A stretch of DNA of 64,000 nt from an uncultured Gammaproteobacteria bacterium (GTDB taxonomy: Bacteria; Pseudomonadota; Gammaproteobacteria; JAAEPA01), in the NCBI GenBank assembly GCA_963731655.1, contig CAVSWL010000019.1, forward strand, positions 40,609 to 104,608. The letters run 5' to 3'. Positions 38,229-49,319 of the stretch are shown here, piece after piece (positions within the stretch are counted from its first letter, which is position 1; each line of letters begins with the position of its first letter). Both the position numbers and the translations under genes were made by a program. Below the pieces are notes generated by a model. That model searched no databases. It saw only the letters and a list, made by a program, of their open reading frames with translations, and was not told the origin of the DNA.

Positions 38229-38795
38229 TTATAGCATGGGAATGAATTCGTCAAGACTGTGCAGCCGTTGTAACTTGTCATCTTCGCGATTCCATGGGCG
38301 ATCTAGTATGTAAACTTGATGGACTTCCGGGAGCTGTATTGCTGGATATAAATGCCCCAGATAATCATCTACGAAATGCTTCACTGTGCCTAATTTTCGC
38401 AAGATCGCGGCTTTATCGCCAAATACTGGAACAATATAGAGTTCATCAATCTCCAATTGGTGACGCATCAGCCAATCCGCTGTCAATGATTCGCCTTGGG
38501 GATGCCATGCCCGTGCGGTTACAACAGCCACGCGATAGTTCGCGGCCTTTGCCGCATTCACAGCTTCGATGGCTCCTGGTTCTACGGTTGCGGCTTCAAA
38601 AATTTCATCCTCATGTACCCATTGCATTATTTTTTTACCAGTAATCCCGTAGAGTCCCTCTATTTTATATTCGTGCCATTGATGCCAGTGAATATCTTTC
38701 CCCGTCCGTTTTTTTAACATCTGCATCAAGTGTTCACGCAGATTTGCAAGGACGTCATCTAGATCAAATACGACATAAGGTTCGGATGTATTCAT
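38229..38795 (-). CDS. HAD-superfamily 5'-nucleotidase (NT5C-like)
   Basis: FDLDDVL motif I, VTAR, K, FVDD and RPWN. Confidence 0.75.
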   Translation of the reverse strand: MNTSEPYVVFDLDDVLANLREHLMQMLKKRTGKDIHWHQWHEYKIEGLYGITGKKIMQWVHEDEIFEAATVEPGAIEAVNAAKAANYRVAVVTARAWHPQGESLTADWLMRHQLEIDELYIVPVFGDKAAILRKLGTVKHFVDDYLGHLYPAIQLPEVHQVYILDRPWNREDDKLQRLHSLDEFIPML

Positions 38796-39216
38796 TTTTT
38801 AAGTTGTTGTAACTGAGTTCAATTTCCTTAGCCCAATCCAGGGTGGAAAGCTCTAATCGATTACTCAATAGATCAAACATGCCATGATTTAAATACCGGA
38901 GCTAAGTCTGGGAATAGAGAACAACCACTTAGCTGTGGGAGTGATATAAACTTAAGGCGGTCAGTATAAGATTTACCCTAAGTCATTTAACTCATTAGTT
39001 TTAGAGCGGCTGGCAAACGGTGCCCATTAACCGGTTTATGGTAGGATCGACTATGCATGAACAGTGTATCCTCAACGGGGCGCAGAAGCGATCAATACGT
39101 TAAACAATTTCATTCATTTGCCGTTAACCATGGATATTCTTCAATCGATTGGTGTGTCAACCTATTCCAATCAGCCATGTGGTTATCTGTGATGGTTCTT
39201 TGTAGTCACCTGATAA

Positions 39217-40419
39217 ATGAATAATATTTTTATAGCGCGGCAACCCATTTATAATCGCGGCCTTGAAATCTATGGTTATGAACTCTTATTTCGCGACCTT
39301 AATCCGGACTTTGCCGAAATCACGGACGGTGACAAGGCTTCCTCTCAAGTTATTGTTAATACGTTTATAAATATAGGTATAGAAAACATCGTTGGTGAGA
39401 ATTATGCCTTTATCAACTTAACACGAAATTTTATTGTATCCGAACATTTATTACCAATGTCCCCTAAACAGGTGGTATTGGAAGTGCTAGAAGATATTTA
39501 TCCAGACGAAGAGGTCGTCGCAGGTTTATCAAGATTATCAAATAAAAATTATACAATTGCATTGGACGATTTTGTGTATCAGTCCTATCTAGACCCATTA
39601 CTCCACATAGCAAACATAGTAAAGATTGATTTATTTAAAAGTAAAGAACACCTAGAACAACAGGTAGAAATTCTGAGAAAATTTAATGTGAGGCTTCTCG
39701 CTGAGAAAATAGAAACACAAGATGAATATGACTTTTGTAAAAAACTCGGGTTCGATTATTTTCAAGGCTACTATTTTAGCCGTCCTAATATCATAAACCG
39801 TAAGGATACACTATCGAATAAGTTGGTGGTATTGAGTCTTATAAACAAGCTACAAGACCCAAATGTCTCGATGGAAGAGCTGGAAAATATTATTATTCAG
39901 GATGTGGCGTTATCCTATAAGTTACTTCGTTATATTAATTCTGCGACCTATGCATTGCGAAAGGAAGTCGAATCAATAAAGCAAGCTTTAGTACTGCTAG
40001 GCACACAAACGGTTAAAAATTGGGTAACGCTAATTGTTATGTCAACTCTTAATAGCAATAAACCTAACGAGCTTATGACCATAGCTCTGATAAGAGCGAA
40101 GATGGGTGAACTGTTATCAGAAAATCATGGGACAAAAATTAAACAACAAATGTTTACTGTGGGCTTATTCTCGATACTGGATTCATTACTGGATGTATCA
40201 ATGGTGGAATTACTTGATACCGTTTCTTTAAGTAAATCCATTAAATCCGCATTATTGGATTACTCAGGAGAAATGGGAGAAATATTAAATCAGGTATTAC
40301 TCTATGAACAGGGTAAATGGAATAAACTTGATATCCAAAGTACTGGTGCTCTTAGATTATCCGGAGCCTATTTGGAAGCGGTTAAGTGGGCTGACAAATC
40401 TATAAGTGCACTGTATTAA
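39217..40419 (+). CDS. EAL and HDOD domain protein
   Basis: ARQPI...GYELLFR, ALDDF, LAEKIE, FQGYYF; HDOD segment DVALSYKLLRYINS. Confidence 0.9.
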   Translation: MNNIFIARQPIYNRGLEIYGYELLFRDLNPDFAEITDGDKASSQVIVNTFINIGIENIVGENYAFINLTRNFIVSEHLLPMSPKQVVLEVLEDIYPDEEVVAGLSRLSNKNYTIALDDFVYQSYLDPLLHIANIVKIDLFKSKEHLEQQVEILRKFNVRLLAEKIETQDEYDFCKKLGFDYFQGYYFSRPNIINRKDTLSNKLVVLSLINKLQDPNVSMEELENIIIQDVALSYKLLRYINSATYALRKEVESIKQALVLLGTQTVKNWVTLIVMSTLNSNKPNELMTIALIRAKMGELLSENHGTKIKQQMFTVGLFSILDSLLDVSMVELLDTVSLSKSIKSALLDYSGEMGEILNQVLLYEQGKWNKLDIQSTGALRLSGAYLEAVKWADKSISALY

Positions 40420-40940
40420 CGTTAGCGATATTATCTTGACAGTGCCTAACGTTTAAGTTATTCAACCGAATTCAGCTATTCACTCCGTAGTCCTTTCAAT
40501 AGTAAAGAGCTTGAGCCTAGTCATTTATATGTTCCCGTCTCCCTTATCAGGATTCCGATAATAGGGTTATGAGTCATTGAATTGGGTTACCAGAGACCTG
40601 TTTGGACTCCACGGATTAGAGTCGCAATGATTCTCGCTATTGACGTCGCCTACTTTACCCAGTTGTAAGCGGACTAGGTATGTGAGATCCTCAGTAACGT
40701 ACTGCGCGTCCTGTCCCGCAGTTGTACATTTGCCCGTTCACACCGCGTTGCACTCTCGCCTGATCAGGCGTTAGCCCAGGCAACTAAAAAGAAGCATTAT
40801 GGCTGGTATAGGCGGTTGCATGCGTGTATTAAAACCAGGATCGGGTGATCTTTTATCGAGTACCTTTTGCCTTTGCCGTTCTCCTAGTTGATTTGGCGAA
40901 AGGATCGTTGATGTCTGCTAAAATAATGTGCGAAAAAGCC

Positions 40941-41711
40941 ATGCTTGCAAAACTAAGCTACTGTCGAGAAAAGACAAATTTCAAACCGGCGCAGTTAATT
41001 TTAATTCTTCTCGTTGTCCTATTATTTACTAGCTGTGCCACAACTTCGCCTGTGGAGGATAAAGACGTCGATCCCTATGAAAACGTCAACCGGAAGATTT
41101 ACCGGTTTAATCTCATCGTTGATAAAAATATTCTGAAGCCCATCGCTGACGGTTATGTGAAGATTACTCCTCAACCCATACAGAATAGGGTTACGAATTT
41201 TTTTGGCAACTTGGCTTATATCAATGTATTTATCAATGATTTTCTACAAGGAAAACTCGATCAGGGTTTGTTGGATACCGCGCGCTTTGTATTCAACTCA
41301 ACATTTGGAGGTTTTGGGCTGTTTGACGTGGCATCAGGAATGGGATTAAAGCCTCACGAAGAAGATCTAGGTCAAACACTGGCGAAGTGGGGTGTTGCCC
41401 AAGGACCCTATTTGGTACTACCCTTCTTTGGCCCTTATACTTTGCGTGGCACACCGAACTTAGTGGCGGGCGTGGTGGCTAATCCACTATTTTATGTTGA
41501 TGATCTGAAGGTTACCGTTCCTCTGAACGTATTGAATGTTATCGATTTGCGAGCTAGGGTAGAAGGTGCGCTTCAGTTTGTGAATGAGGCGGCAGTGGAC
41601 CCTTACAGCTTTATGCGCGAAGCCTATTTGCAGAGACGGAAATACCTCATCTACGACGGGGAGCCTCCCGAAGAGGATTTGTTTGATGAACTAGAGGAAT
41701 GGCCCGAATAG
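40941..41711 (+). CDS. mlaA: MlaA/VacJ lipoprotein (start uncertain)
   Basis: Lipobox FTSC, DPYENVNR, EDLGQTL, GPYLVLPFFGP and DPYSFMREAYLQRR. Confidence 0.9.
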   Translation: MLAKLSYCREKTNFKPAQLILILLVVLLFTSCATTSPVEDKDVDPYENVNRKIYRFNLIVDKNILKPIADGYVKITPQPIQNRVTNFFGNLAYINVFINDFLQGKLDQGLLDTARFVFNSTFGGFGLFDVASGMGLKPHEEDLGQTLAKWGVAQGPYLVLPFFGPYTLRGTPNLVAGVVANPLFYVDDLKVTVPLNVLNVIDLRARVEGALQFVNEAAVDPYSFMREAYLQRRKYLIYDGEPPEEDLFDELEEWPE

Positions 41712-42023
41712 CCGGTGTTTGGTTCGTCTGGAGACCCTTGAGTTCCATTGGTGGTTAACCTTATCGTGGGAGATTCACTTAATTTTGCCGGTCTGCCACT
41801 TTTCGAGACTGGGATTTTAGCAGGTGTCCATAAGGGTCGTCCCTTTCAGAATTTTTCGAATTTTGAATCTCGTCCGTCAATCAGCCAGAAATGGATTCGT
41901 ACGAACATACACCGCTCGATGCAGGCAGATCCGGTATGATGAGGGTGCAATGGGTCAACTACGCGACCTTAGACCAAGTTCCCATTGTCACGTCACCGAC
42001 GTTCCACAGGCTCCGTCAAAAGT

Positions 42024-43859
42024 TCAGTACATCTCTGAATCTTGAGTTTGGGTAGTACCGCCGGTATATCGGTTAGGAATGTATTCTCCAGTGATCATTT
42101 CGGCATAGGACATTCCAGGACCTACCATGGGGTACACGCCTGCATCGGCGTCAATAATAACTTCTAGAAATGCCGGACCGTCGTAAGCAATAAACTCTCC
42201 AATAACCCTCGGGAGATCTTCCTTTTTATCGAGACGAACAGCGTACTCGAAACCGTCGGCTTCAGCGGCTTTAACAAAATTCTTTTTATGCAATGACTTA
42301 TCGCTAGCCGAAAGGCGTCCCTTAAAAAACAGCTTTTGCCACTGTTTAACCATACCATCACCGAAGTTATTCATTACCACGATCTTAATGGGCAAATTGT
42401 AGGTGGTAACGGTTTCTAGTTCACCCAAATTCATTCGAATGCTCGCGTCACCGTCGATGTCAATCACCATCCTATTTTTTACGGCGAACTGGGCTCCAAT
42501 AGCGGCAGGTAAACCAAATCCCATGGTTCCCATACTGCCGGACGTCAACCACAATCTTGGCGATTTGAAATCGAAATACTGTGCTGCCCACATTTGATGC
42601 TGCCCTACACCGGTGGCGATAATGGCGTTTCCCTGGGTGTGCTTGTTGATCTCTTCGATTACCGCATAAGGCTGAATTAATGGACTTTCCCGGTTGTAAT
42701 TCATGGCATGGGTCTGCTTAAGTTCGGCGATGTGCCGATGCCACTTCGAATAGTCCGGCTTGAACTTAAGTTGTTGGCCATAATTCAATAAAGACCGCAG
42801 GCTGAGCGAGAGTAAGCCCACATGGGACCAATCCGCTGTTTTTACCTTTCCAATCTCAGAAGAATCGATATCAATATGGGCGATATGCCGGGCATTTTTT
42901 GCGAAAATTTCCGGCACACCGGCCACTCTGTCATCGAAACGCGCCCCCAACGCGATTAAAAAATCGCAGTCATCCACACTGTAGTTGGCAAATGCCGTAC
43001 CGTGCATTCCCAACATATGCAAGGCAAGTGGATCCGTAGTGTCGAAAACGCCGATGCCCATAAGGGTGGTGACGACAGGAATTTCAAAGGTTTGAACAAA
43101 TGCTCGCAGCTCATCAGTTGCATCTCCATTGATCACGCCGCCACCGGCATAGATTAGAGGTCGTTCGCTCTGCTCGAGCATTCGGAAGAAATCTTTGCAG
43201 TGCTGATCGCTCAGTGTGTTTTTGTTCACAGCATGCATGCGCTGACGATAGCCACGTACTAACAATTGGCCAGCTCCCCTGAACACCCCGCTCCAATTCT
43301 GCACGTCCTTGGGGATATCGACAACGACGGGGCCGGGACGACCGGTGCGCGCAATTTCGAAGGCTGTACGCATGGTAGCTTCCAATTTGTGGGGATCAGT
43401 AATCAGAAAAACATGCTTAGCAGCGGAGCCCATAATGGTAGTTACCGGTGCTTCCTGAAAGCCATCAGTGCCGATATTGGCGGTAGGCACTTGTCCACAG
43501 ATCACCACGATGGGGGTGGAATCGGCGGCACAATCGCGGACTGGTGTCACCGTATTCGTGGCACCTGGACCGGAGGTGACCAGGGCTACCCCCACTTTGC
43601 CACTTGCCCTTGCATAGCCCGCTGCCATGAAGGCTGCCCCTTGTTCGTTGGCGGGTACAATCAACGGTATAGCGTTATTGTGTTCCGAGTTGTAGCGAAA
43701 TACAGCGTCATATGTGGGCAATATAGCGCCTCCACTGTAACCGAATATGGTATCTACGCCCTCATCGGCTAGCACTTGGACAATTATTTCGGCGCCGCTC
43801 ATGATAGTTCCGGCAAGAGGGTGGTCGATTTCCCCTGTGGGATTGTGAAATTCATTCAT
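42024..43859 (-). CDS. ilvB: Acetolactate synthase large subunit
   Basis: FGYSGGAILP, TSGPGATN, RFDDRV, GQHQMW, GTMGFGLPAA and IDGDAS...NN ThDP motif. Confidence 0.93.
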   Translation of the reverse strand: MNEFHNPTGEIDHPLAGTIMSGAEIIVQVLADEGVDTIFGYSGGAILPTYDAVFRYNSEHNNAIPLIVPANEQGAAFMAAGYARASGKVGVALVTSGPGATNTVTPVRDCAADSTPIVVICGQVPTANIGTDGFQEAPVTTIMGSAAKHVFLITDPHKLEATMRTAFEIARTGRPGPVVVDIPKDVQNWSGVFRGAGQLLVRGYRQRMHAVNKNTLSDQHCKDFFRMLEQSERPLIYAGGGVINGDATDELRAFVQTFEIPVVTTLMGIGVFDTTDPLALHMLGMHGTAFANYSVDDCDFLIALGARFDDRVAGVPEIFAKNARHIAHIDIDSSEIGKVKTADWSHVGLLSLSLRSLLNYGQQLKFKPDYSKWHRHIAELKQTHAMNYNRESPLIQPYAVIEEINKHTQGNAIIATGVGQHQMWAAQYFDFKSPRLWLTSGSMGTMGFGLPAAIGAQFAVKNRMVIDIDGDASIRMNLGELETVTTYNLPIKIVVMNNFGDGMVKQWQKLFFKGRLSASDKSLHKKNFVKAAEADGFEYAVRLDKKEDLPRVIGEFIAYDGPAFLEVIIDADAGVYPMVGPGMSYAEMITGEYIPNRYTGGTTQTQDSEMY

Positions 43860-44389
43860 TGCAGAAGTCCTAACGCTGATGTCTAGCCCAAATCAAGGCA
43901 GACAGCTCGAATGCTGTAGGTGTTGCAGTCAAGCGGATTACTTTGTATTAATAATCTACTATTTTTATTGTACTCTAACTCATGTAGAGTTGCCCTCTAT
44001 GATCGTTTGCTTTCGTACATTTGATAAACCGTTTGCACGGGATGGAATCCGTGCCGAGTTTGCCCTGTGGATCACGCTATGGCACTAGTCTGGATCAGTG
44101 AGCCAAAACCAAGCAGTTGGAAATAAGCCATTATTGTATTATATGTCCTACTAGGGCAGCTAGAGTAGGTGGCTTCGAAACAATGAGCGTATATGAAACG
44201 TATTCTTCAAACTATAGGGGTGGCTTAAAAATGCCTCAGGAGAACGAGACACTCGGTAGAATAGCGATAACACGCAATTTACTCCGACGTACAAGAATAT
44301 TTTTAACCAACTAATAGCGTCGGATTAGGTTGGTTGAGGATTTTCAAAATCGCATCTAGAAATAATTTCTAAGCTGATGGTGTGAATAT

Positions 44390-44884
44390 ATGAAAGCACT
44401 CACCTTAGTTCGGCACGCTAAATCCAGTTGGAAACAAACGCAGCTAGCTGATTTTGATCGACCTTTGAATAGACGCGGAGAACTCGATGCGCCTGAGATG
44501 GGAAAGCGATTAAAAAAACAGATGCCGTGCCCCGAATTGATCATCAGTAGCCCAGCGACAAGAGCATTAACAACGGCAAAAGTGCTGGCGCAAGAGATGG
44601 GATACCCGCTGAATAATCTGTTGACTGAGCAGCGAGTCTATATGGCGAGTGTTCGCGCGCTGTTGGAACTGATAAACAGAGTAGATAACGCCTATCAAGA
44701 CGTGATGCTTGTAGGCCATAATCCCAGTTTAACTGATTTAGCGAATAATCTAACTGGCGGCGTCGCCGATAATCTACCTACCTGTGGCGTAGTTCGTATG
44801 ACATATGAGGTCGACGACTGGAAAGAAGTCGGCCAATCACAGGCTAAACTGATACTCTTTGACTATCCCAAGAACACCCCGTAA
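44390..44884 (+). CDS. SixA-like histidine phosphatase
   Basis: RHAKS, DRPLN, SSPATRA and VGHNP. Confidence 0.88.
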   Translation: MKALTLVRHAKSSWKQTQLADFDRPLNRRGELDAPEMGKRLKKQMPCPELIISSPATRALTTAKVLAQEMGYPLNNLLTEQRVYMASVRALLELINRVDNAYQDVMLVGHNPSLTDLANNLTGGVADNLPTCGVVRMTYEVDDWKEVGQSQAKLILFDYPKNTP

Positions 44885-44959
44885 GTGCTTGAATCTTCTG
44901 TTTCCGTGTAAGTAAACCAGCGATAGTACCGTGCTGATGATTCCATGTCTGGAGGTATA

Positions 44960-47143
44960 CTATGTGGGGGCGGCAGAATTTGCCAGTGTGGTATCACTAC
45001 GTTGGGTAAGATTCGGCACCGTTAGTCTCATTCCAGGCTGCACCGTGTAGAGATCGTAATCTGGGTTGTACTGGTGCAGTAACCACACCGGCAGGTTGTA
45101 TTTGCGATGGGTGAGTGTCCATAAGGATTCCCCCTGCCTGACGATGTGAATCTGGGTGTCGGTGATTTGGTAGCGTTCAAAAAAAGTGGCTTGCTGCTGC
45201 CGGTGGTAGTTGGTACGCCGCTTTACGAAGGATGCAGGAGACACTTTGGAAAACTTTAACTTCAATCGTTTCCCCATGAGCAAAGGTTTGCCGAATGGCA
45301 ACTTGTTTATATTTCGTAATGTTTGTGTGGCTAGTTGCAGCCAATCAGCATAATGCCCCAGCGTCTCTGCAGCTTGTACCTCGATAGTACCATCCTTGGC
45401 TACGGAATAATCGCTCGGATCAGCAGAAAGCTCCGGATGACGTTCGGATGGAAGAGTAGGGCCTAATGGAGCCGTATCGTCGTCGGCTACAGATTGATTT
45501 AATGCGATACTAAGCTGATCCGCAGCTTGGGTGTTCGTGGTGTCAGTTGTCGACTCGAGTTTGACAGGCAACTTTCTCGTTGTGGAAATTGTCGATTCCA
45601 CAATCTGCAAGTTTTGACCCGCATAGATACGGTGTTTACTGCTGAGCTTGTTGGTTGCTGCTAAAAAATTCTCGCTTATCCCGAAGTGTTCTGCGATCTG
45701 GGAGAGGGTATCCCCCGCTTGAACTGAGTAAAGCCCGTTATTTGTCGAGTCCAAGCGACCCGAATGCGTCGTTGTGCTTGAATTATGCGCGGTCATCAAC
45801 ATCGGCTTTGGCGCCGGGGAATAGGGTAATCGTAGAGATTGACCGATTCGGATGTGATTCGGGTTGCGTAGAAAATTGATTTCGGCGAGTTCCTTAACAT
45901 TCAGGTGATATCGCACAGCAATTTCATCCAGGCGATCTCCTCGACGGACCTTGTAATAACGGTCAGGAATTTGTTTGTCAAATCCTTCAGTTCCCGCGAT
46001 TTTTTGGAGTTTGGCGGCGATTGACCCGCAGTGTAGTCGGCAGGGTACGCGAAGCGTATAGCCCTTGGGTATCAACTTTTGCCCTTTCCAAATCGAGGAA
46101 CGTAATCCTGCATTGTGCGTTTTAAGTGTAACTAGGTTGATGCCTAAAGCCTTTCGGATATCGTATGCGGCGAGGTAGGCCGGCATGTCGATGGCAATAG
46201 TTTTAACAGCAGGCTGGCGTTTCATTTTCCCAAAATATTTTATGGCATCGTTGTCGACCTCCAGTGCAGCAAGAAAGGCGACATAAAAATTACGTGAGGC
46301 AAATCCAAAGGTAGGACTTTTGTAACGTCGTAGTATAGTCACTATATCCTTGGTCCGCAGTTTCTGCACTGCCTGGCGCATACCGGCTGCACCGTGGTTA
46401 TAGGCGGTAATCGCCAAAGGCCAACTACCCAACAAATCGAAGTTGGTTTTTAGTAATCTTACCGCTGCTTCGCTCGAGGCGTACGGATCCATGCGATCGT
46501 CAACAATATGATCTACGCGCATATACCGGCGTCCGGTTGCCCGGGTAAACTGCCATAAACCGGCTGCGCCTATATGTGAATAAGCTTCAGGATTAAATGA
46601 GGACTCCACATGGGGTAGAGAAGCGAGTCCCTTCGGTAGCCCATATTTCTGCAATAGCGCTGAGATATGAGATTGCCAGGCACCCGCTCGTATCCAGCCG
46701 GCTTTAAACTTATCGGCTTGACCCAACTGAAATCGAAGCCGGGAAGCTGCCCTTTTAAGATCGTTTCGGGAGATGCTCTTCGGCCATAGTTTTAGCACCC
46801 TCGCTTCCTCTGGGGCTAGCCGATTTCGGTTGTTTTTGGCAAGCTTGAGGAGGATGCTTTTGTAACGCGCTTTAATACGATTGACGATTTGATTGCGTGC
46901 GCGTCGGCTCAATTCCTTCGGAACAGATACTATTTCATAAATTACGTTAAGATACTGATCATCGTGAATCAAACCGTGGTGGGTATCCACTTCGGTAAAG
47001 ACTAGCTTCCAAAATTGGATGTCGGAATGCAGTTCTTGAGGGCGAGTGAACGCAGGATCGGTTACATTCGCTCGTAGCGACTTCGATAAACCAATATCAA
47101 AAGCGGTGAGCAAAAAAATAAAGATGAAGCATGTTCGCCTCAT
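44960..47143 (-). CDS. Lytic murein transglycosylase (SLT domain plus LysM repeats, MltD-like)
   Basis: PHVESSF, AAGLWQF and AYNHG; several LysM repeats (YKVRRGD, YSVQAGDTL, HIVRQGESL). Confidence 0.9.
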   Translation of the reverse strand: MRRTCFIFIFLLTAFDIGLSKSLRANVTDPAFTRPQELHSDIQFWKLVFTEVDTHHGLIHDDQYLNVIYEIVSVPKELSRRARNQIVNRIKARYKSILLKLAKNNRNRLAPEEARVLKLWPKSISRNDLKRAASRLRFQLGQADKFKAGWIRAGAWQSHISALLQKYGLPKGLASLPHVESSFNPEAYSHIGAAGLWQFTRATGRRYMRVDHIVDDRMDPYASSEAAVRLLKTNFDLLGSWPLAITAYNHGAAGMRQAVQKLRTKDIVTILRRYKSPTFGFASRNFYVAFLAALEVDNDAIKYFGKMKRQPAVKTIAIDMPAYLAAYDIRKALGINLVTLKTHNAGLRSSIWKGQKLIPKGYTLRVPCRLHCGSIAAKLQKIAGTEGFDKQIPDRYYKVRRGDRLDEIAVRYHLNVKELAEINFLRNPNHIRIGQSLRLPYSPAPKPMLMTAHNSSTTTHSGRLDSTNNGLYSVQAGDTLSQIAEHFGISENFLAATNKLSSKHRIYAGQNLQIVESTISTTRKLPVKLESTTDTTNTQAADQLSIALNQSVADDDTAPLGPTLPSERHPELSADPSDYSVAKDGTIEVQAAETLGHYADWLQLATQTLRNINKLPFGKPLLMGKRLKLKFSKVSPASFVKRRTNYHRQQQATFFERYQITDTQIHIVRQGESLWTLTHRKYNLPVWLLHQYNPDYDLYTVQPGMRLTVPNLTQRSDTTLANSAAPT

Positions 47144-47479
47144 TGCTTCTTACCTGTACATTTATTAAGAAAACTAATTATTTTGGTTAGACCCTTAAGG
47201 ATTGTACATGAGCGAGATGCGCTAGCGGGCTAAACTTAAGATTGTATGGCAGCAGCTGACTGATCTCCACTCAGATTCGCCGTAAATTGTGACAAGATGA
47301 TGCACCTTTTTATAGTAGGCGCGAAAGTGGAAAGACGAACCCGAATCTGGGGTAATCCTGGCGAAGATATGCAATGCCACTATTGGAAGAATTAGGTATG
47401 AGCGAGGATGAATCCCTGTCTACAGCGGCCTAGGTGGTACTTAACGGATTGATGAAATAGCTAAGAAGTTTCATCTGAG

Positions 47480-49088
47480 GTAACTGCCCAGGTAACTGGA
47501 GGAAAAAGGACTTGACATTGGATGAGGCTTTGGGTTTAAAAGCGTTCCATGAATGTGGTCCGAGGTACCCTTGATGATCCTCTCGCGGAGGGGTCTGCCA
47601 GCCCAGCAGCGAAGCTGATTGCACGTTTACAAACTGAAAACGCGGCACTGCAAGAGACCTTGGCCGCCTCGCAAGAGGCCCTGACGACTTTGCACGAGAC
47701 CATTGCCCAGTTGCGGGCGCGCATCGCGGACCTGGAGCGCCGAGTGGGGCTGAACAGTGGGAACAGTGGAAAGCCGCCTTCCAGCGATGGCCTGAAAAAA
47801 CCACCCCGGACGCTGAGCGTGCGGGAACCCTCCGGCAAGAAACCGGGTGGTCAACCCGGTCATCCAGGCGAGACCCTGCGCCAAGTGGCCGAACCGACCG
47901 TCACCATTGATCATTACCCGGACCGCTGCGAATACTGCGGTTCGCCCTTGACCCAGGACATGGTCACGGATTACCACGCTCGGCAGGTCTTTGACCTGCC
48001 CGAGCCCCAACCGCTCGTCGTCACCGAGCATCGTGCCCACCGGTGCCGCTGTGGGCAGTGTGGGACCTCCACCCGGGCAGCATTTCCGGAGGGTGTCACC
48101 GCGCCTGTGCAATACGGTACTCGGATCGCCGCCTTCGTGGTGTATCTGCTCCAGTATCAGTTCCTCCCCGAGGATCGGCTGGTCGAGCTGATGGCCGACC
48201 TGTTCGGGATCAAGCTGGCCGCCGCCACCATCGCGCGCATGAGCACCCGGTGTGCCCAGCGGTTCCAAGGGGTTGTGACCGTCATATGCCAGGCCATCAA
48301 GACCGCCGCCGTCAAACATCTGGACGAGACCGGCTTCCGAATAGGTGGTAAGACCCAATGGCTACACGTCGCCGTGACCGAGGGGCTCAGCTTCTATCGG
48401 GTCTCCCCCAAGCGGGGCAGCCTACTGGATGGTCTGATCGGCATTGTCGTGCATGACCACTGGAAACCTTATTACACCCTCAAAGAGGTGATCCATGCCC
48501 TGTGCAATGCCCACCATCTGCGAGAACTCAAGGCCCTGATCGAGATCGAGCAGGAACGCTGGGCGGCTCGACTGTACCGCCTGCTACGCCGTGCCTGTCA
48601 CGCGACCAACCTAGCCCGGGCGCGTGGCGAGCCGCTGAAACCGAGCCTTGTGGAGCGCTTCCAGCGGCGGTATGACGCCCTCGTGGCCGAGGGGCTGGCG
48701 TTTCATGAGGCCCAACCACCGCTGCCGGCCAAGACGACGGGCTCGGGTAAACGCCGCGGTCGTCAGAGACGTCGGACTGGCCATAACCTTTTGCTGCGCT
48801 TGCAGACCCGCCGGGATGACGTATTGCGGTTCTTGACCGATCCTCGTGTGCCGTTCACCAATAATTTGGCCGAGCAGGCGGCCCGTATGATGAAGCTCAG
48901 ACAGAAGATCTCTGGTGGGTTTCGTTCCGAGCAGGGCGCCAACGACTTTACCATGATCCGGTCTCTGATCGCGACCGCCAAGAAGCAGGGTTGGAATGTG
49001 CTCGAAACCCTCACTCAATCTCCTGACAGGCTCCTTGCGAAACTCCGGGTTGCGTGATGACTGTGTCTGGTTGTAGCTGGGCAGTTAC
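47480..49088 (+). mobile_element. Complete IS66-family element (single-ORF, ISBst12-like), 1609 bp
   Basis: 12-bp perfect terminal IRs GTAACTGCCCAG / CTGGGCAGTTAC; 8-bp target duplication CATCTGAG at 47472-47479 and 49089-49096; visibly GC-richer than the flanks. Confidence 0.95.
47549..49057 (+). CDS. IS66-family DDE transposase
   Basis: Coiled coil, NSGKPPSSD, CxxC zinc finger, HLDETG, HDH, CNAHHLREL and TNNLAEQ. Confidence 0.95.
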   Translation: MNVVRGTLDDPLAEGSASPAAKLIARLQTENAALQETLAASQEALTTLHETIAQLRARIADLERRVGLNSGNSGKPPSSDGLKKPPRTLSVREPSGKKPGGQPGHPGETLRQVAEPTVTIDHYPDRCEYCGSPLTQDMVTDYHARQVFDLPEPQPLVVTEHRAHRCRCGQCGTSTRAAFPEGVTAPVQYGTRIAAFVVYLLQYQFLPEDRLVELMADLFGIKLAAATIARMSTRCAQRFQGVVTVICQAIKTAAVKHLDETGFRIGGKTQWLHVAVTEGLSFYRVSPKRGSLLDGLIGIVVHDHWKPYYTLKEVIHALCNAHHLRELKALIEIEQERWAARLYRLLRRACHATNLARARGEPLKPSLVERFQRRYDALVAEGLAFHEAQPPLPAKTTGSGKRRGRQRRRTGHNLLLRLQTRRDDVLRFLTDPRVPFTNNLAEQAARMMKLRQKISGGFRSEQGANDFTMIRSLIATAKKQGWNVLETLTQSPDRLLAKLRVA

Positions 49089-49138
49089 CATCTGAGTTCT
49101 AAATGAAAGGAAGAGTAATCTATCATCGTTCATTAACT

Positions 49139-49174
49139 ATAATGGGGGCGAATTCCAGAATTCGCCCCCATTAT
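49139..49174. terminator. 17-bp perfect inverted repeat, probable (bidirectional) terminator
   Basis: ATAATGGGGGCGAATTC-CA-GAATTCGCCCCCATTAT. Confidence 0.7.
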
Positions 49175-49319
49175 TCAGGTTGACCACTCTGTACCATACC
49201 CTTCCATAGAAAGTCGTTCATTCTTTTATCCCACATCGCATTAGATCCACGCCTTATTCTAAGTGCTAAACGGTCTTGACGTTTTCTGGAAAGCAATGTA
49301 ACTACTGATAAAAGTAGTC

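Noticed and set aside
42024-43859. Acetolactate synthase without an adjacent small subunit
   Set aside because: Stand-alone large-subunit paralogues are common, and no attenuator leader was identifiable.
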